64,000 nucleotides of DNA from Amphiscolops sp. MND2022 (GCA_964187785.1 OZ076409.1:41542001-41606000), one strand, 5' to 3'. Shown: positions 12,844 through 25,099, counted from the first letter of the stretch. The notes: a model not told the origin generated them from the sequence alone. A program made the numbers and translations.

Positions 12844-13083
12844 TACAGTGAGTTCGGAGAACTAGTTAGAGTATCTAAAAAATCTGGCCGCATCATTCCG
12901 TACCCTGAAGTAACCTCTGCCGCTCCCAACGAAGATGGACACAAAGATACCTCAAAAGCTTTGGTAGAAAAGCAAACGTTCAATATGCCTTTATCAACCT
13001 TCGAAGATGAAATATTGGAATCTATGAATCTTGGCGATGAAATCGAGGCGAATAAAAACAAATACCAAACATGGTTATATTGA
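12844..13083 (+). CDS. MRPL24: Mitochondrial ribosomal protein L24, coding exon 2
   Basis: Acceptor TTTTTTCAG ends at 12843; YSEFGELVRVSKKSGRIIPYP..DGHKDTS..TFEDEILESM..TWLY* matches the MRPL24 C-terminus. Confidence 0.93.
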   Translation, partial: YSEFGELVRVSKKSGRIIPYPEVTSAAPNEDGHKDTSKALVEKQTFNMPLSTFEDEILESMNLGDEIEANKNKYQTWLY

Positions 13084-13934
13084 CATTTCACCGTTTGAAT
13101 ACGTATAGACATTTTTGATATTCGATTTTTTTTGCAAATAACTGCTTTTGCAGCGATAAATTGATGTCTTAGCAAGTCTTTTCTTCAGTTATTTCCGTTG
13201 AAAGATGCGTCTTGTATTTGCATTTCTTTTTCCTCTTCCCTTATTTTTCAGCTTTGTTTTTTGTAGTCAAAAGCTTTCAAAAGATGGCGTCAACTTCTTA
13301 TAACATTTGCCATCATCTGATTATCGGGTTTATCAAACTACAACCATCACGGTTTGAATAACTACAATGGTTCTCGTACAGTTCTATTACAATACATTCT
13401 AGAAATAGTTGACTTTCGGTCATTTGAATGGCTGGTGCCAAATTTCAGCAAAAAGACTTTATTGACGGTTATAATCAAGTTGTATTGATGTATATTGTTT
13501 GAAGAATGATTGACATATTTTCAGTTATTTAGAAAAACTGTGTATTCCTTTTGAAGGTTGAAGAGGTACCAGTTACCGTTTGAAAATGCGTCTTTTGGTT
13601 ACGCTTTCTTATCCATTTTTAAAAACCTTCCGTCCCCACATTAGAGAAAAAAGTTTTCCCTAATATTTACATGTTCCAATTTGATGGCAAAAAGTGTCAA
13701 AATACCTTAAACTGACTCAAAGTGCATCATTTTGGTACTATTTCTAAATGTTTTCGTACGTAGAATGAATTTGGAGTGTCTATTGACAATAAACAAGATT
13801 TTGACCGTTTTTTTTCGAGTTTTTGAATAATTTCGTGGGTTTGGGTATCCACACAGTTCAACAAAAAACGCATAGCTGCCTAGCATCCTTTTGTATACCA
13901 AAATACCGCAGAAAAAACTTCGATTGAAATTGTC

Positions 13935-14430
13935 TTATTATTTCTGCGATAGGAATAATATAGAAATCTAAAAGATGCAACTTTTTTCAATCAACTTTTG
14001 TTCGTGATTCCGAGTAGCTACTGAGCAATTCAGATATTTGGTTCGGTCGTTCCGACGACATTTCATTTCTCGTGCGATGAAACGAGCGAGTGTTAATTAT
14101 GCATTCGTACGCCGAGTCATTGAGATGAAGCGACCGAGTGTGAATTATTCGTATGCCGAGTTCATGATTTGAAGCGAATGAGTGTTAATTATTCGTTCGT
14201 CGAGAGCTTCGCCTGCATTCAAATGCGAATGCGAAACTTCTTCCACCTTTAGTAGTTATATTTTCTTTGGTCCCGAGAAGAATTGAATGCCATGTAAACT
14301 GGTACAGTCATAAATGGTGCGCTATATAATGATTTAACAGGAGTGTATAGTTATTCCAGATTCTAGTGATTCTATTATTGAACGATAGCCTAAAGGCATA
14401 AATAATACTGTGCCCCGCAGGGGCCTAGTT
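13935..14430 (+). mobile_element. Helentron/DINE-like family B copy
   Basis: 5' ATTATTTCTGC; shared core GAGATGAAGCGAATGAGTGTTAATTATTCG..GCTTCGCCTGCATTCAAATGCGAATGCGAAAC; 3' hairpin GCCCC-GCA-GGGGC followed by CTAGTT. Confidence 0.7.
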
Positions 14431-14492
14431 TTGAGCCGGCTTCAGCGCCTTAAATTGGTTGGTTCTTAGGAGTGAACTGCAAACTTCTGGAG

Positions 14493-14980
14493 TTTTTAGT
14501 CGGCGCTTTTTAGTAAAATGGGCAAGACTCGCAATGGTAAGTTTTTTCTTCAGTCACCCGAAAAAGTCCACTGTTTTTATTTATAGAAAGTACCAGTGTT
14601 GCTCCAGTACGACCATTTGGTATTGTGTGTGAGAAAAAAGGGTGCGTGGTTTCAAATTCCAGACCCCACATTTTCCTGATTTGGCTCATTTTCGACGCTG
14701 TGTGACTTTTTCATTTTTGATTTCATGAATGTATACCCTTCGTTTTTCAAGTTTTCGGTCCCGCAAAAGCTTTTAGCGAGCTGAAGGGTCTCATTTTTGG
14801 GTTTTTTGGGTATTATGTTACTTTTTTGTGACGTTTATGTGACTTTTTTCAGAGAAAAAATTTGGGAATTTTGGGTTTTTCTGATGTTTCCATTTTGGAT
14901 AAAAGCTGTTTTCGAGTCTCAGGCAACGATAATAAAAATTTACACAGTAGTTGTCCCTTGAGCCTGTAACTTGGAACCTT
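14493..14980 (+). repeat. Degenerate family A copy (5' end recognisable)
   Basis: Starts TTTTTAGTCGGCGC; body similar to other copies; 3' hairpin decayed. Confidence 0.5.
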
Positions 14981-15886
14981 GTTCATTCTTAGCCACCGAC
15001 TCCGTCTGCGCCTTCTGCCGCTTCATTTCCAGAAGAGAACAATCGCAGCTCATTCGTTGTTCGGGCAATGCTAGAAATTTTGTTGGTGCCAGTCATGAAC
15101 TTCAGGAAGCCTTGGAACTTCAGGAATGCAGGTATCAGAAAAGTTAAACTAAATTCCAATAGCAGCCGAGATGGATTAGCGCCTCAACTCACCGTTCACG
15201 TCATACGTTGGTGGTGCGTGGGATCGCACAATCCAAACAGCTCAGAAAACTCCACTCCCTGGGATCGAGAAAACTGGCTAAAATTGGTGCACACCATTCC
15301 AGTCGAAACTGAATTGATGCTCAATTCATGACTTTCGACACATGTTGCCGACTGGCCTGACAACGAAGATTCATTTTCTGCACAAACCCTATGCAAACCT
15401 GCCACCTGGAGTTTTTCTAGATTCAGGTTATCAACTATCAGAGAAGTCTTACAACGAAACTAAGAACATGTCAGCCATTTTTGGAAAAAACTGATAACTG
15501 CTTCAACGTTCAAAGTAGAATCAAAAGCTGCCACGCATCGCTTTTGGAGAACTGGCGTGGGTGCTATGAGACTTCACCCCACGTGGAATTTGGTGTATTG
15601 GGTAAGTCGAAGCAGTTTACCCTGGGCCGTCCTCCTTCGAGCTCCTCGCCCTGTGACGGTTCATTCGCGGCGACTTTTTTCTCGGACCACTCTGTTTCCC
15701 TTGCCACTCGGGCGACTGGAGCATGTCAATTATGACTCGATAATGTCTAAATTGACTCAAACTGTTTCAAACTTCGCTTTCATTTTTTCCTAGTTTTCAC
15801 GCTCTTTTCATATTTTGCAATCAGTCCATTAATCAAATGAGTGAAATGTGAAATTTTGGTTTCTTATACTTGTCGATGTAACTTAC

Positions 15887-16081
15887 TTGGTTTCTGTGTA
15901 CATCCATACCCGAAAAAAAATTAAAATAATATACAAAGATTATATATTTGAAATTTGTGCAAACTTTGACAACCTCTCAGCACCTGTTAAAGCAATCTCG
16001 TTGTGACTTGTTTTACCTCGTCACGCTATCTTTGTATATTATTTCAATTTTTTTTCGGGTATGGATGTACACAGAAACCAA
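15887..16081. repeat. Long inverted repeat (~54-bp arms, 1 mismatch, ~85-bp spacer)
   Basis: TTGGTTTCTGTGTACATCCATACCCGAAAAAAAATT(A/G)AAATAATATACAAAGAT occurs in inverted orientation. Confidence 0.9.
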
Positions 16082-16719
16082 CAACAAAAGCTATTGCTAC
16101 TAAGTCGTTTTGAGGAAAGACGCCTTTCGTTTTTTCCAATGAAAGAATTGCCTCGAAATCAAAATTTCACAACTTTTTTTGGCTACTTTATGCATTTTTG
16201 TTCTGATGGGTATGAAAATCCTCAAAAAGGAAAGACGGAAGAACTAGGCTAGGTAGCATAGTCATTCAACGTTTTTGTACATTTTTTGGTTGTTTACGTG
16301 ATTGTCAACTTCGAGACGAGTTGAAGAAAACAATTAGCTACAAGCACAGTATTTTCTGAGTTTTCATTTTCTAAATTTTTGTGCTTTCTTCCAAGTATAA
16401 ATTCATTCAAAAAGTAATTCCAAAATTTCAGTTTTCGGGAATCATGATCTAATGGTCAAGGCATTGGGCCTTTACTGAAATAAATTTAAAATTCTTCAAA
16501 CTCACTGTTGTTTGGTTTTGGTCAGTTTCTCTTCTCCTTGTTCATTGGTATGGTCATGACAGAAGAACGCCTTTGCCGAAGAAAATAAAATGAAAAAATC
16601 AGCGAGCAATTAGACTATTGTGACATTGAGAAGTCACATCGAAATCACAGCTTGAAGGGATCCTAATTGCGGGGACTCCTGTTCCAGACAGTTATCGGGG
16701 TACTCTTCAAGAGGGTTTG

Positions 16720-16966
16720 TTTTAGTCGGCGCTTTTCTAGTGAAAAGTGCCCGACTAAATACAGTTGCTAGTTTTCTTCAAAAATTCTCATTTCTTGTTT
16801 TTTTTCCCAAAAACTTTTTAATGTCTCCAAAGGGCCCCTTCAATTTTTGATATTGTGCAGCAAACTGGATTTTCAAAAAGCCCAGAGGGTCCCCCTTTTA
16901 CAATTTTAAAAACTTCGCGCTTTTTAGCCTTCTATATAGCGCCGACTTTAGACGTTCCCGTCTTGT
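16720..16966 (+). mobile_element. Short complete family A Helentron/DINE-like copy
   Basis: 5' TTTTAGTCGGCGC..GCCCGACTA; 3' GCGCCGACT plus hairpin AGACG-TTCC-CGTCT and TGTT. Confidence 0.75.
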
Positions 16967-17508
16967 TTTATGTGGCGTTGACAGTCGGACCTAAATTAGA
17001 ATATTAGCCTTAATTAGAAGGGGTAGATAAATCCACCGTCAGAAGTTATGCGGGACACTTCCGGTGGAAAAGGCACCTCATGTAATACTCACCGCAGCTA
17101 GTGCGATAAATTATCGACAGAAAGCAAGTATAGCATTCACTATTGATTAATTAGAAGTTTGATTGGATCCTTTTGATTACTGAAAATGACTGCAGATGGT
17201 CATTATCACTCACTTCTTTATTTGATTGAAACGTTCTATTATCCGAAAAACGAAGTCTATAAGTTTTTGGATGCTTCCAATAAAATTAAGTGGGCTTGCT
17301 CCTGAGATTGTTTGCAGAAGTGTCCAAGATTGGAACTACTTTGATTTTTTTTGGGAATTTCTCAGCAATTGCAGAATTTTCACTGATGTTGTTGATACTG
17401 TCTTTTAAAATCAGTGAAATGAGTTTCAACAACGCCTGTTTGCTATTTCAAAAACTTTTGTTTTGAAAAAAGTCAGTAATTATGCGTACTAATGAAACGT
17501 AAGCTTCA

Positions 17509-18015
17509 TTTTTAGTCGGCGCTTCATGAAGTGAAACTATACTAGTGGCTTTTTTCAATCCACACGAACTGACTTAAATAGTTAAAAGTTCTACGAATTT
17601 TATGGTGTCAAATTGAACCATTTGGCCTAGCGAACTGAACCAGAAAGGTTTTTCCTTTTTTCGCGTAAGATACAATGCCGGGCGAAACTAAAGGGTCCCC
17701 TTCCAGTTTTTCGGCACTGTGGGGCTTTTTTCGATTTTTTTCATCAAAGTGTCCCCCTTCAATCATCTTGATGTTTTGCGATAGAATGGATGTTAAAAGT
17801 TCGAAAGGGTCCACCCTTCCAGTTTTTGCCGGCATTGTGAGACTTTTTTCGACAATTTTTTAATGACTTCAAAAGATCCCCCTTCATTGATGTTTTGCGA
17901 CAGAAATGTTGAAAAATCCCAAAGGGTCCACCCTTTTAGCGCGTCAGCGCCAATTCGGTTCAACTTTTGGGTTTTTCGGGTACTGTAAAAGAGAATACTT
18001 GGCACTTTGAAGTCC
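17509..18015 (+). mobile_element. Family A copy interrupted by the BEL/Pao element
   Basis: 5' TTTTTAGTCGGCGC; internal AAAGGGTCC / AGAATGGATGTT repeats; breaks off at CACTTTGAAGTCC where the LTR begins. Confidence 0.75.
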
Positions 18016-18309
18016 TGTTCAGTGATACAATTAGTTTGACTGACATTTGTTGTTTACAAACATTTTTATTTGATTGACACTGACATGATACAAAAAGTGC
18101 ACATATTGATTGATGTGTTTGTTTACATACTCGAAGTTTTAAAGAACTCATATTTGACTGGTGTTGTATGTAAATACTCCATTCTTTAACCGTCTTCCTG
18201 AACGTTCTCACTCTTTGGAAAACTACCACCGCAGCAAGCACCTTGAATTGAATACTGCAACGTTAACAGTTTTTCATCTTAGTTCAACCGTTTAGTTGAT
18301 CACTAAACA
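18016..18309 (+). repeat. 5' LTR
   Basis: Runs TGTTCAGTG...CACTAAACA and is followed by the PBS; 18016-18276 aligns with 24842-25099 (7 substitutions and one 3-nt indel by eye). Confidence 0.9.
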
Positions 18310-18311
18310 TA

Positions 18312-18326
18312 TGGTGCCGCGAACTC
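18312..18326 (+). promoter_or_regulatory. Primer-binding site, probably tRNA-His
   Basis: TGGTGCCGCGAACTC resembles the complement of the metazoan tRNA-His 3' end (TGGTGCCGTGACTC). Confidence 0.7.
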
Positions 18327-18423
18327 ACTACAGAATCAGTCTCTCCTCTGACTATTCTTTCACGATTTAACTCTGATCTTCTGGAACCCTTGTCGATTCA
18401 TTCCAACTACTTTCCCTTCCCCA

Positions 18424-21400
18424 ATGCCTGCAACTAGAAGCAATGGTGGAAACGGTGACGACACTTCAAAGATGGAGAATACCACTGCTAGTGATGATCT
18501 CACCAAAGTGAAACAATCCCGCTCCACTCAACGAGGGGTCGTGACAAAACGCATGAAGCGCATGGACGAACTGCTTCAACAGGCCCAAGATGCAACCCAA
18601 CGACTACTTGACTGCTGTTCAACAACTTCGTGGTTGCTACGAGAGGTTCGTTGACAAAATTGCTTTTGTCTCGTTTTGATCAAAAACTGCTCAGTCTCTT
18701 ACCCGATGACGTACGCTCAGAGGAACAAGACTCTTGCTTGTGTCTCATGGAGGAGCTTCAGGACAAGTTAGCTGAGGTAAAGTACGTGGTGCAACGTCCT
18801 ACCGTGTCTCATGCCGTTTCTGGATCAGCTACTCGTGTCAAATTCCTCAAACTCGACCTGCCTCAGTTCGACGGTAAGTATGCTGAATGGACTTCGTTCT
18901 GGGATCAGTTCAACGCCTCCGTTGGCGCCGAACCTTGTCTGGCCGACTCACAGAAGCTCAACTACTTGAAGCATGCAATGCGTGGGAGGCTGCCAAGGTG
19001 ATCTCAGAGCTCTCTATCACCGATGACAACTACGCTGCAGCTCGCGCACTTCAAGCTCGTTTCGAGAAAAAGCGATGCATCATGCGAGCACGCTTCCAAT
19101 CACTTCACACATACCCTGCCCTCAAGATGGAGAAAGCAGCTAGTTTGAGGAAGTTGCAAACGACGATGATGGAACACGTTCTGGCATTGCGCAACCTTTG
19201 CGTCAATGAAGATCATCTGCTGGTCTTTCTCATTGCTGAAAAGCTGGATCAAGAAACCAGGGAGCATTGGGAGTTGCATGAATCCAACGAGGTAAGTATT
19301 TCCGATCCGCAAAAACTTGATGAACTTCTTACCTTTCTAGAATCTCGTCTTCGAGCTCTCGAGGCAACTCCTCTCAAGGCCACCTGAGAGTTCCAAAACC
19401 CAGACGAAACCACAATCAACCAACCAATCCTACCTCGGCGCCCAATCTAAACCCTGTGCAGTCTGCAACTCTTCTGGACATCCGATCTACAAGTGCTCAA
19501 CCTTCAATGAATAGAAAACTGTTCAGAGGTCAGCCAAGGCCCGTGATGTGGGTTTGTGCTTCAACTGTCTATCTTCTGGCCATCGTCCGAAGTCCTGCCC
19601 AAGCACCAAGACGTGTCGTAAGTCCAGTGGGAAACATCATAGCTTGCTACACAAGGATGAGCAGCCACTGGAACGCAGTGGGCATGTCAACAACTCTACA
19701 TCCATTGTAACTGAAGATATCCTCAGTACCATTCAGATAATGGCTCGTGGCAGGCATGATAAATGGGTCAATCTCAGAGCACTTCATGATTCTGGCTCAA
19801 CGGTGAACGTCATGACCACCCAGGCAGCCCAGCGTCTCGGTCTACCCACAAAGCGGACAGCAGTGAGCAACACTGGAAAAGCGCTCACGCGTATGCGTCG
19901 TCCCTCAGCAGTGGTCACCCTGGACCTCTACTGCCCCTACAAGGAGCAACTGCTAACAACAACTGCTCTCGTTCTCAAGACGATCAGCTTTGATCTACCT
20001 TCACAGCCCATCAATGCTGCTGAACTCATTCAATTAGATGGCTTGCAAATGGCCGATCCGATGTTCCACTCCTGGTCCAATCGATCTCCCCGTTGGTATT
20101 GATCTTTATGAATCAATTGTTCTTTCTAACAAGTTTCAGCGGTACACTCAACCCCAAGCTGGCTCAATCAGGCCACTCATCTACAATTTATGACTCTTAC
20201 TCTGAGCAATCACTTCACATCGCTCTACATTCAACATCAACTGATGTCTCCTCTGTAGATCAGCTTCTGACTCGCTTCTGGGAAATCGAGGATGTCCCTG
20301 GTGCTGGATCCAAGCAATTCACTCTTGAAGAGCTGCAATGCGAGAACTTTTTCACTCAGACGACGTCTTGGACAGCTGATGGGCGCTACGATGTGGAACT
20401 ACCCTTCAACTCAGGTGCACCTCCAATTGGTGAAAGCTTCAATCAGGCGAAGCGACGCTTTCTGGCACTGGAGAGACGACTCCAGTCTACTCGTCTCAAA
20501 CAAGACTACACTGACTACATTAGTGGATACAATGATGCTGGTCACATGGAATCCCAACTGAGGATCTCGACAAACCACATCAAGTTTTCTACCTTCCCCA
20601 CCACTAAGTGATGAAAGATAGTTCAACCCACAAGCTTCGCATGGTCTTCGACGGATCCGCAAAGTCTTCATCTGGATGGTCCTTCAACGCCTCGTTTCTG
20701 ACTGGTCCTACTCTTCAAGACAATCTAACTGATATTTTGCTCCGGTTTCGCTTTCACAATAACTCTCTGCGCTGATGTGGAAAAGATGTACAGTCAAGTG
20801 TGATTGAAGCGAAGCAGCAGGGACTACCATCGAATTCTATGGCGCGATCAGCCTGGTGAACCATTTGAGGTCTGGCGCATGACCCGCGTCACTTTCGGCA
20901 TTCGATCTTTTGCTCACCAAGCAGTCAAGGCTCGTCAATCTGCTGCCCACGATCATCATCATCCGCTAGCAAGCCCAGCGATTTTCCGTGACTTCGTGGT
21001 AGATGACATGATTTCTGGAACCTCTTCACTCGAAAACGCAATCCAACTCCAGGACGCTCTTCAAAAAAGTATAGAATCTGCTGGCTTCTGCCATTGCAAA
21101 TGGTCTTCCAATAATCTCGCAGCGCTCCAGCATCTACCTCCTGACCTCCAGAAAGCACCCAAGGCGCACGAATTTCACGACGACAACTACCAAACGAATG
21201 TTCTGGGCGTTCGATGACTTCCTCTGTAGGATGTGTTCGCCTTCACAGTAGTGAATGACGTCCATCGCGAATAAATCAAGACCAAACGTCATATGCTTTC
21301 AGATATTGCTAAGCTATATGATCCACTGGGTTGGCTTTCTCCTCTTGTAATCACTTACAAGGTCTTGGTGCAACGGACCTGGATAGCTGGAGTGGATTGG

Positions 21401-23586
21401 GACGACGAGGTTCCCGCAGCAATCCTCAAAACTTGGATCTCAGCTCGAAAGGATCTTCCGGCCATCTCAAACATTTCTATACCCAGATGTGTGTTTTCCT
21501 CATTCACTCTACACTCTACAGTGAAGCTGCATGTGTTCTGCGATGCCTCTGAGATAGCATTCAGTGCGGTTATCTACTCTCGTGTTTCATTCACAGGTGA
21601 CTCCTACTTTGTCAGTCTACTTACTGCCAAGTCACAGGTGGCTCCCGTCAAGACTCAGCCTACATCGCCTCGAGCTCTCAGGTGCAGTCTACTACCCTAG
21701 CCCTATCCAAGCTCAGCGTCAACATTTCTCGTGTCATGGCCTGGACGGATTCCACAATAGTGTTATCTTGGTTAGCTAGTTACCCAGGAACCTGGGGTTG
21801 TTTTGTTGCTAATCGCGTGTCTCTAATTCAAGAGCAGGTTGTCCCTTCACATAGAAGCATGTTCCTTCTGACCAGAACCCTGCTGATTATCCTTCACGAG
21901 GAAAAACCGCGACAGACCTTCTGGATTTCAACCTGTGGTGGACGGGTCCTGACTGGCTAGCGCATGATGAAACACAATGGCCAAAACAACCGATTCTTCC
22001 AATTGCTGCACCTCCAGAGCGACGCAAGTGTGCGGTTGAGATTTTCATCTGCAACCCAGAGGTCATCGACCAGTGATTGAAGTTGACCGTTTCTCCAACT
22101 TGGATAGGCTCCAGAAAGCAACAGCTTGTGTGATGCGATTCATCGACTATTTCTGTGGTCTGAACTTCGAAAAAGGCCCTATCCAACAATCTGAGCTCGT
22201 CATGACAGAGCTGAAGCTCCTAGCTTTTCACCAGAAAGAATATTTTGGCACTGAGCTTGATATACTTCAAGCTCGCACGCTCAAATATTCTGGACGATTA
22301 CTCGCACTTGATCCCATCTACGACGAAGAAACCTCCATCCTCAGTATTGGTGGTAGGCTGGCCCAGGGTTCATACTCTCCTGAGATGACTCACTCAGCAC
22401 TGGTGGATGGCAAATCTTATCTAGCAGTTCTACTCATTCAGAAAGCCAATCGAACTCTTCTTCACCGGTCCCCAAGCCATACTTCACGAACTCAGACGAC
22501 AATACTGGATTCTAGATGGTCCTCGCAGCGTACATGGAGTGATACGACAATGCACAACCTGTCGTCGCTTCATTCAAAGGCTGTGGTTCCCCGGATGGCT
22601 GACCTACCCACAGAACGGATAACACCAAGTCGTCCTTTCACCAGAACTGGTTTAGACTTTGCTGGACCTCTAACTATCAAAAGTCCAATTTCTAAGGCAA
22701 CTCAAATGTCTTATATTTTCATTTTTGTATGCTTCTCAACCAAAGCTATAAGCTATTCACATTGAGCTAGTTTCAGCACTCACCACATCCGCATGCATTG
22801 TCGGTCTCAAGCGCTTTGTGTCTCGACGAGGTCTTGCCAGTACTATCTACTCAGACAATGGTACTAACTTCTTTGGTGCTCGCAACGAATTGACAGCACT
22901 GCAGGGACTTCTTAGCACGAGCAGCGACTCCTCCTTGACGCCCTACGCAGCGAGCCGAGGTGTTGAATGGGTGACAATTCCTCCAAGGTCACCTCACTTT
23001 GGCGGTCTTCTATGGGAGGCTGCTGTCGAAAATTGCAAAACGTTACTCCGACGTGCGATTGGTCAACAGGTTCACACATTTGAGGAGGTCTACACAGTTC
23101 TCACAATGATAGAAGCCTGCCTCAGTTCTCGTCCATTGTACCCCATGTCTTCCGATGCCAACGACTTAGCTGTTTTGACACCCGGTCATTTCCTAATTGG
23201 TTCATCTCTTCAGTCGCTTCCTTCTTAAAAGAGTACTCAGAAGCGCGCTGCAGAACCTGCTCTCCAAACTTGCTGGAAGCTGGTCCAATCAATCAATGAC
23301 AGCTTTTGGGAACGCTGGATTAAGGAGTATCTCTAACTCACAGCAACGGACTAAATGGAAGGCTGACTCCCAGCCTCTCATTGTTTCTGATCTGGTACTC
23401 ATGCAAGAGGACAAGACACCTCCGCTTAAATGGGCACGAGGACGCATTCTAGATGTGTACATTGGCAATAATGGGGTCGCACGAGTGGCTCGACTCAAGA
23501 CTCCAAGTGGAATCTACAATCGTCCAGTTAACATGCTAATCAGGCTGCTACCAGAAAATGAAATCTCACCTGAGTGTGACCAATGA
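18424..23586 (+). pseudogene. BEL/Pao gag-pol polyprotein with many frameshifts and stops
   Basis: DUF1759-like LPQFDGKYAEWTSFWDQF..QKLNYLK; Cys-His knuckles CAVC..H..C and LCFNCLSSGH..C..HHSLLH; protease ALHDSGS; RT YHRILWR..MTRVTFG..FVVDD; RNase H LHVFCDAS; integrase TGLDFAGP, YSDNGTNF, PHFGG; DUF5641-like WARGRI..GVARVA. Confidence 0.97.
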
Positions 23587-23886
23587 AAACATTATCATGA
23601 GCAACGCATTTCCTTTCCCTTCCCTGTGCTTCAATAAATATATAGAAAAATATATTTTCTTGCGTGCGCACACGCGCATCTTATTGACCTGTCATCTATT
23701 CAAATTTTGTTTTTATTTTTGTAATTTCTCCTGAACTGCGTGTTCAGGCGGCCGGTGCTCATTGAATGTTGCCTCTACTTAACTATGCTAGTAAACTATG
23801 CCTGAATTGAAAACATTTGTGGTGATATCAATATATTTTTCTTTTGTACTTATCTATAATATGGTCTCATTGGTACATAAAAAAAC

Positions 23887-24797
23887 TTACTTTGAAGGTC
23901 TCTTCGGGTTGTCCCTACAAAACCGCCTCTTCCTCTTTGGCAACCTTCTCCCTTTGGAAACAGACGATTTGCTGGACCCTTGGGTTGTTGGACGACTGAA
24001 CTCATCATCTGTCTCGCTCTGACTGTCCACTCTCTTCAGAAGCGCCTGTGCTCTGGATGTCTCGGTATCTTCGTCGATAGAAACATCAACAGTCAACAGA
24101 GAGGACTGCTCAGTTGACGCAACGCAGTGCGCACAACTAGGAGGCAAGTAGATCACTTCTCCAGGCCTCTGGACGCAACACATGACACTCTTGGATGACG
24201 ATGTTTGCCCTTGCCTGTCAATGTGAGGACATCGCTCTTCGTTGATCGCAACAAATCCAACAGGTTCCGCTGCCCACTCGCCACGAACCAGAGCTTACGT
24301 CCATGCTGCAGTTGAGACCACGCTGCCCTGTCACGGAGACGTAGATCAGCATGCCAATGGCTGAAGGACAGCTCACTGTTCCACATCAACTGAACGTCAA
24401 CTAGCTGGCACTTGGTCCTTTTGGCAGCGTCGATATCGAACGAAATGTCTTGCAGCAAATAGTCAGCTTCGTCGTTCTTCGGATATCCTCCCTTCAAGAA
24501 GACTACTCTCCAGATGCTCACCACCATGATGAGTGTTCGCAAAATCGAATGAAGCTTCAATCATGGACTGGCTTGAAGCAGCTTTTGTCACTCCTTGTAT
24601 GGCATCATCAGTGTACCTGACAACTTGACTCCCAATCAAGGCTGGCTCCTTAGCTATGGCTTCCACCTCCGTCACAGGACATCTCCTAAGACGATGATCC
24701 GCTATGACCTCGCTGATCACCCGCTCCAAAATAGCGAAGGCTTCGGAAACGTTCGAAACCCTTTGGTTTTTTAATGACCTTTCGGTCTGAAACTCAT
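23887..24797 (-). pseudogene. JmjC-domain (2OG/Fe(II) dioxygenase) gene, antisense cargo of the BEL element, frameshifted
   Basis: SFSHWHADL..AAWSQLQHGRKLWFV (His 24351-24353, Asp 24345-24347, Lys 24294-24296). After a frameshift near 24190-24230: CVQRPGEVIYLPPSCAHCV (distal His 24127-24129). Basic tail KGRRLPKRKRR. The start position is uncertain. Confidence 0.85.
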
Positions 24798-24829
24798 TTC
24801 CAAGTTATATACTTTGCACCAGTGATGCA

Positions 24830-24841
24830 AGGCGGCCGGTA
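24830..24841 (+). promoter_or_regulatory. Polypurine-tract-like motif before the 3' LTR
   Basis: AGGCGGCCGGTA directly precedes TG at 24842; an identical 11-mer lies at 23746-23756. Confidence 0.7.
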
Positions 24842-25099
24842 TGTTCACTGATACTAGTTTGACTGACATTTGTTGTTTACTAACATTTTTATTTGATTGA
24901 CACTGACATGATACAAAAAGTTCACATATTGATTGATGTGTTTGTTTACATACTTGAAGTTTTGAAGAACTCATATTTGACTGGTGTTGTATGTAAATAC
25001 TCCATTCTTTAACCGTATTCCTGAACGTTCTCACTCTTTGGAAAACTACCACCGCAGCAAGCACCTTGAATTGAATACTGCAACATTAACAGTTTTTCA
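24842..25099 (+). repeat. 3' LTR (lacks the last ~33 nt of the 5' LTR)
   Basis: Aligns with 18016-18276; no TSD matching the left flank AGTCC. Confidence 0.9.

Larger units (their letters stand above)
18016..25099 (+). mobile_element. BEL/Pao LTR retrotransposon, near full length, decayed
   Basis: Paired LTRs, PBS, PPT and gag-PR-RT-RH-IN domain order with BEL-specific motifs (see sub-features). Confidence 0.97.

Noticed and set aside
15000..15800. GC-richer, coding-looking segment
   Set aside because: Frequent stops in all frames and no motif I can assign; probably an old TE fragment.
17960..18241. 93-aa and 97-aa minus-strand ORFs (also 24771-25064)
   Set aside because: They are the same frame in the two LTR copies, with no recognisable domain.
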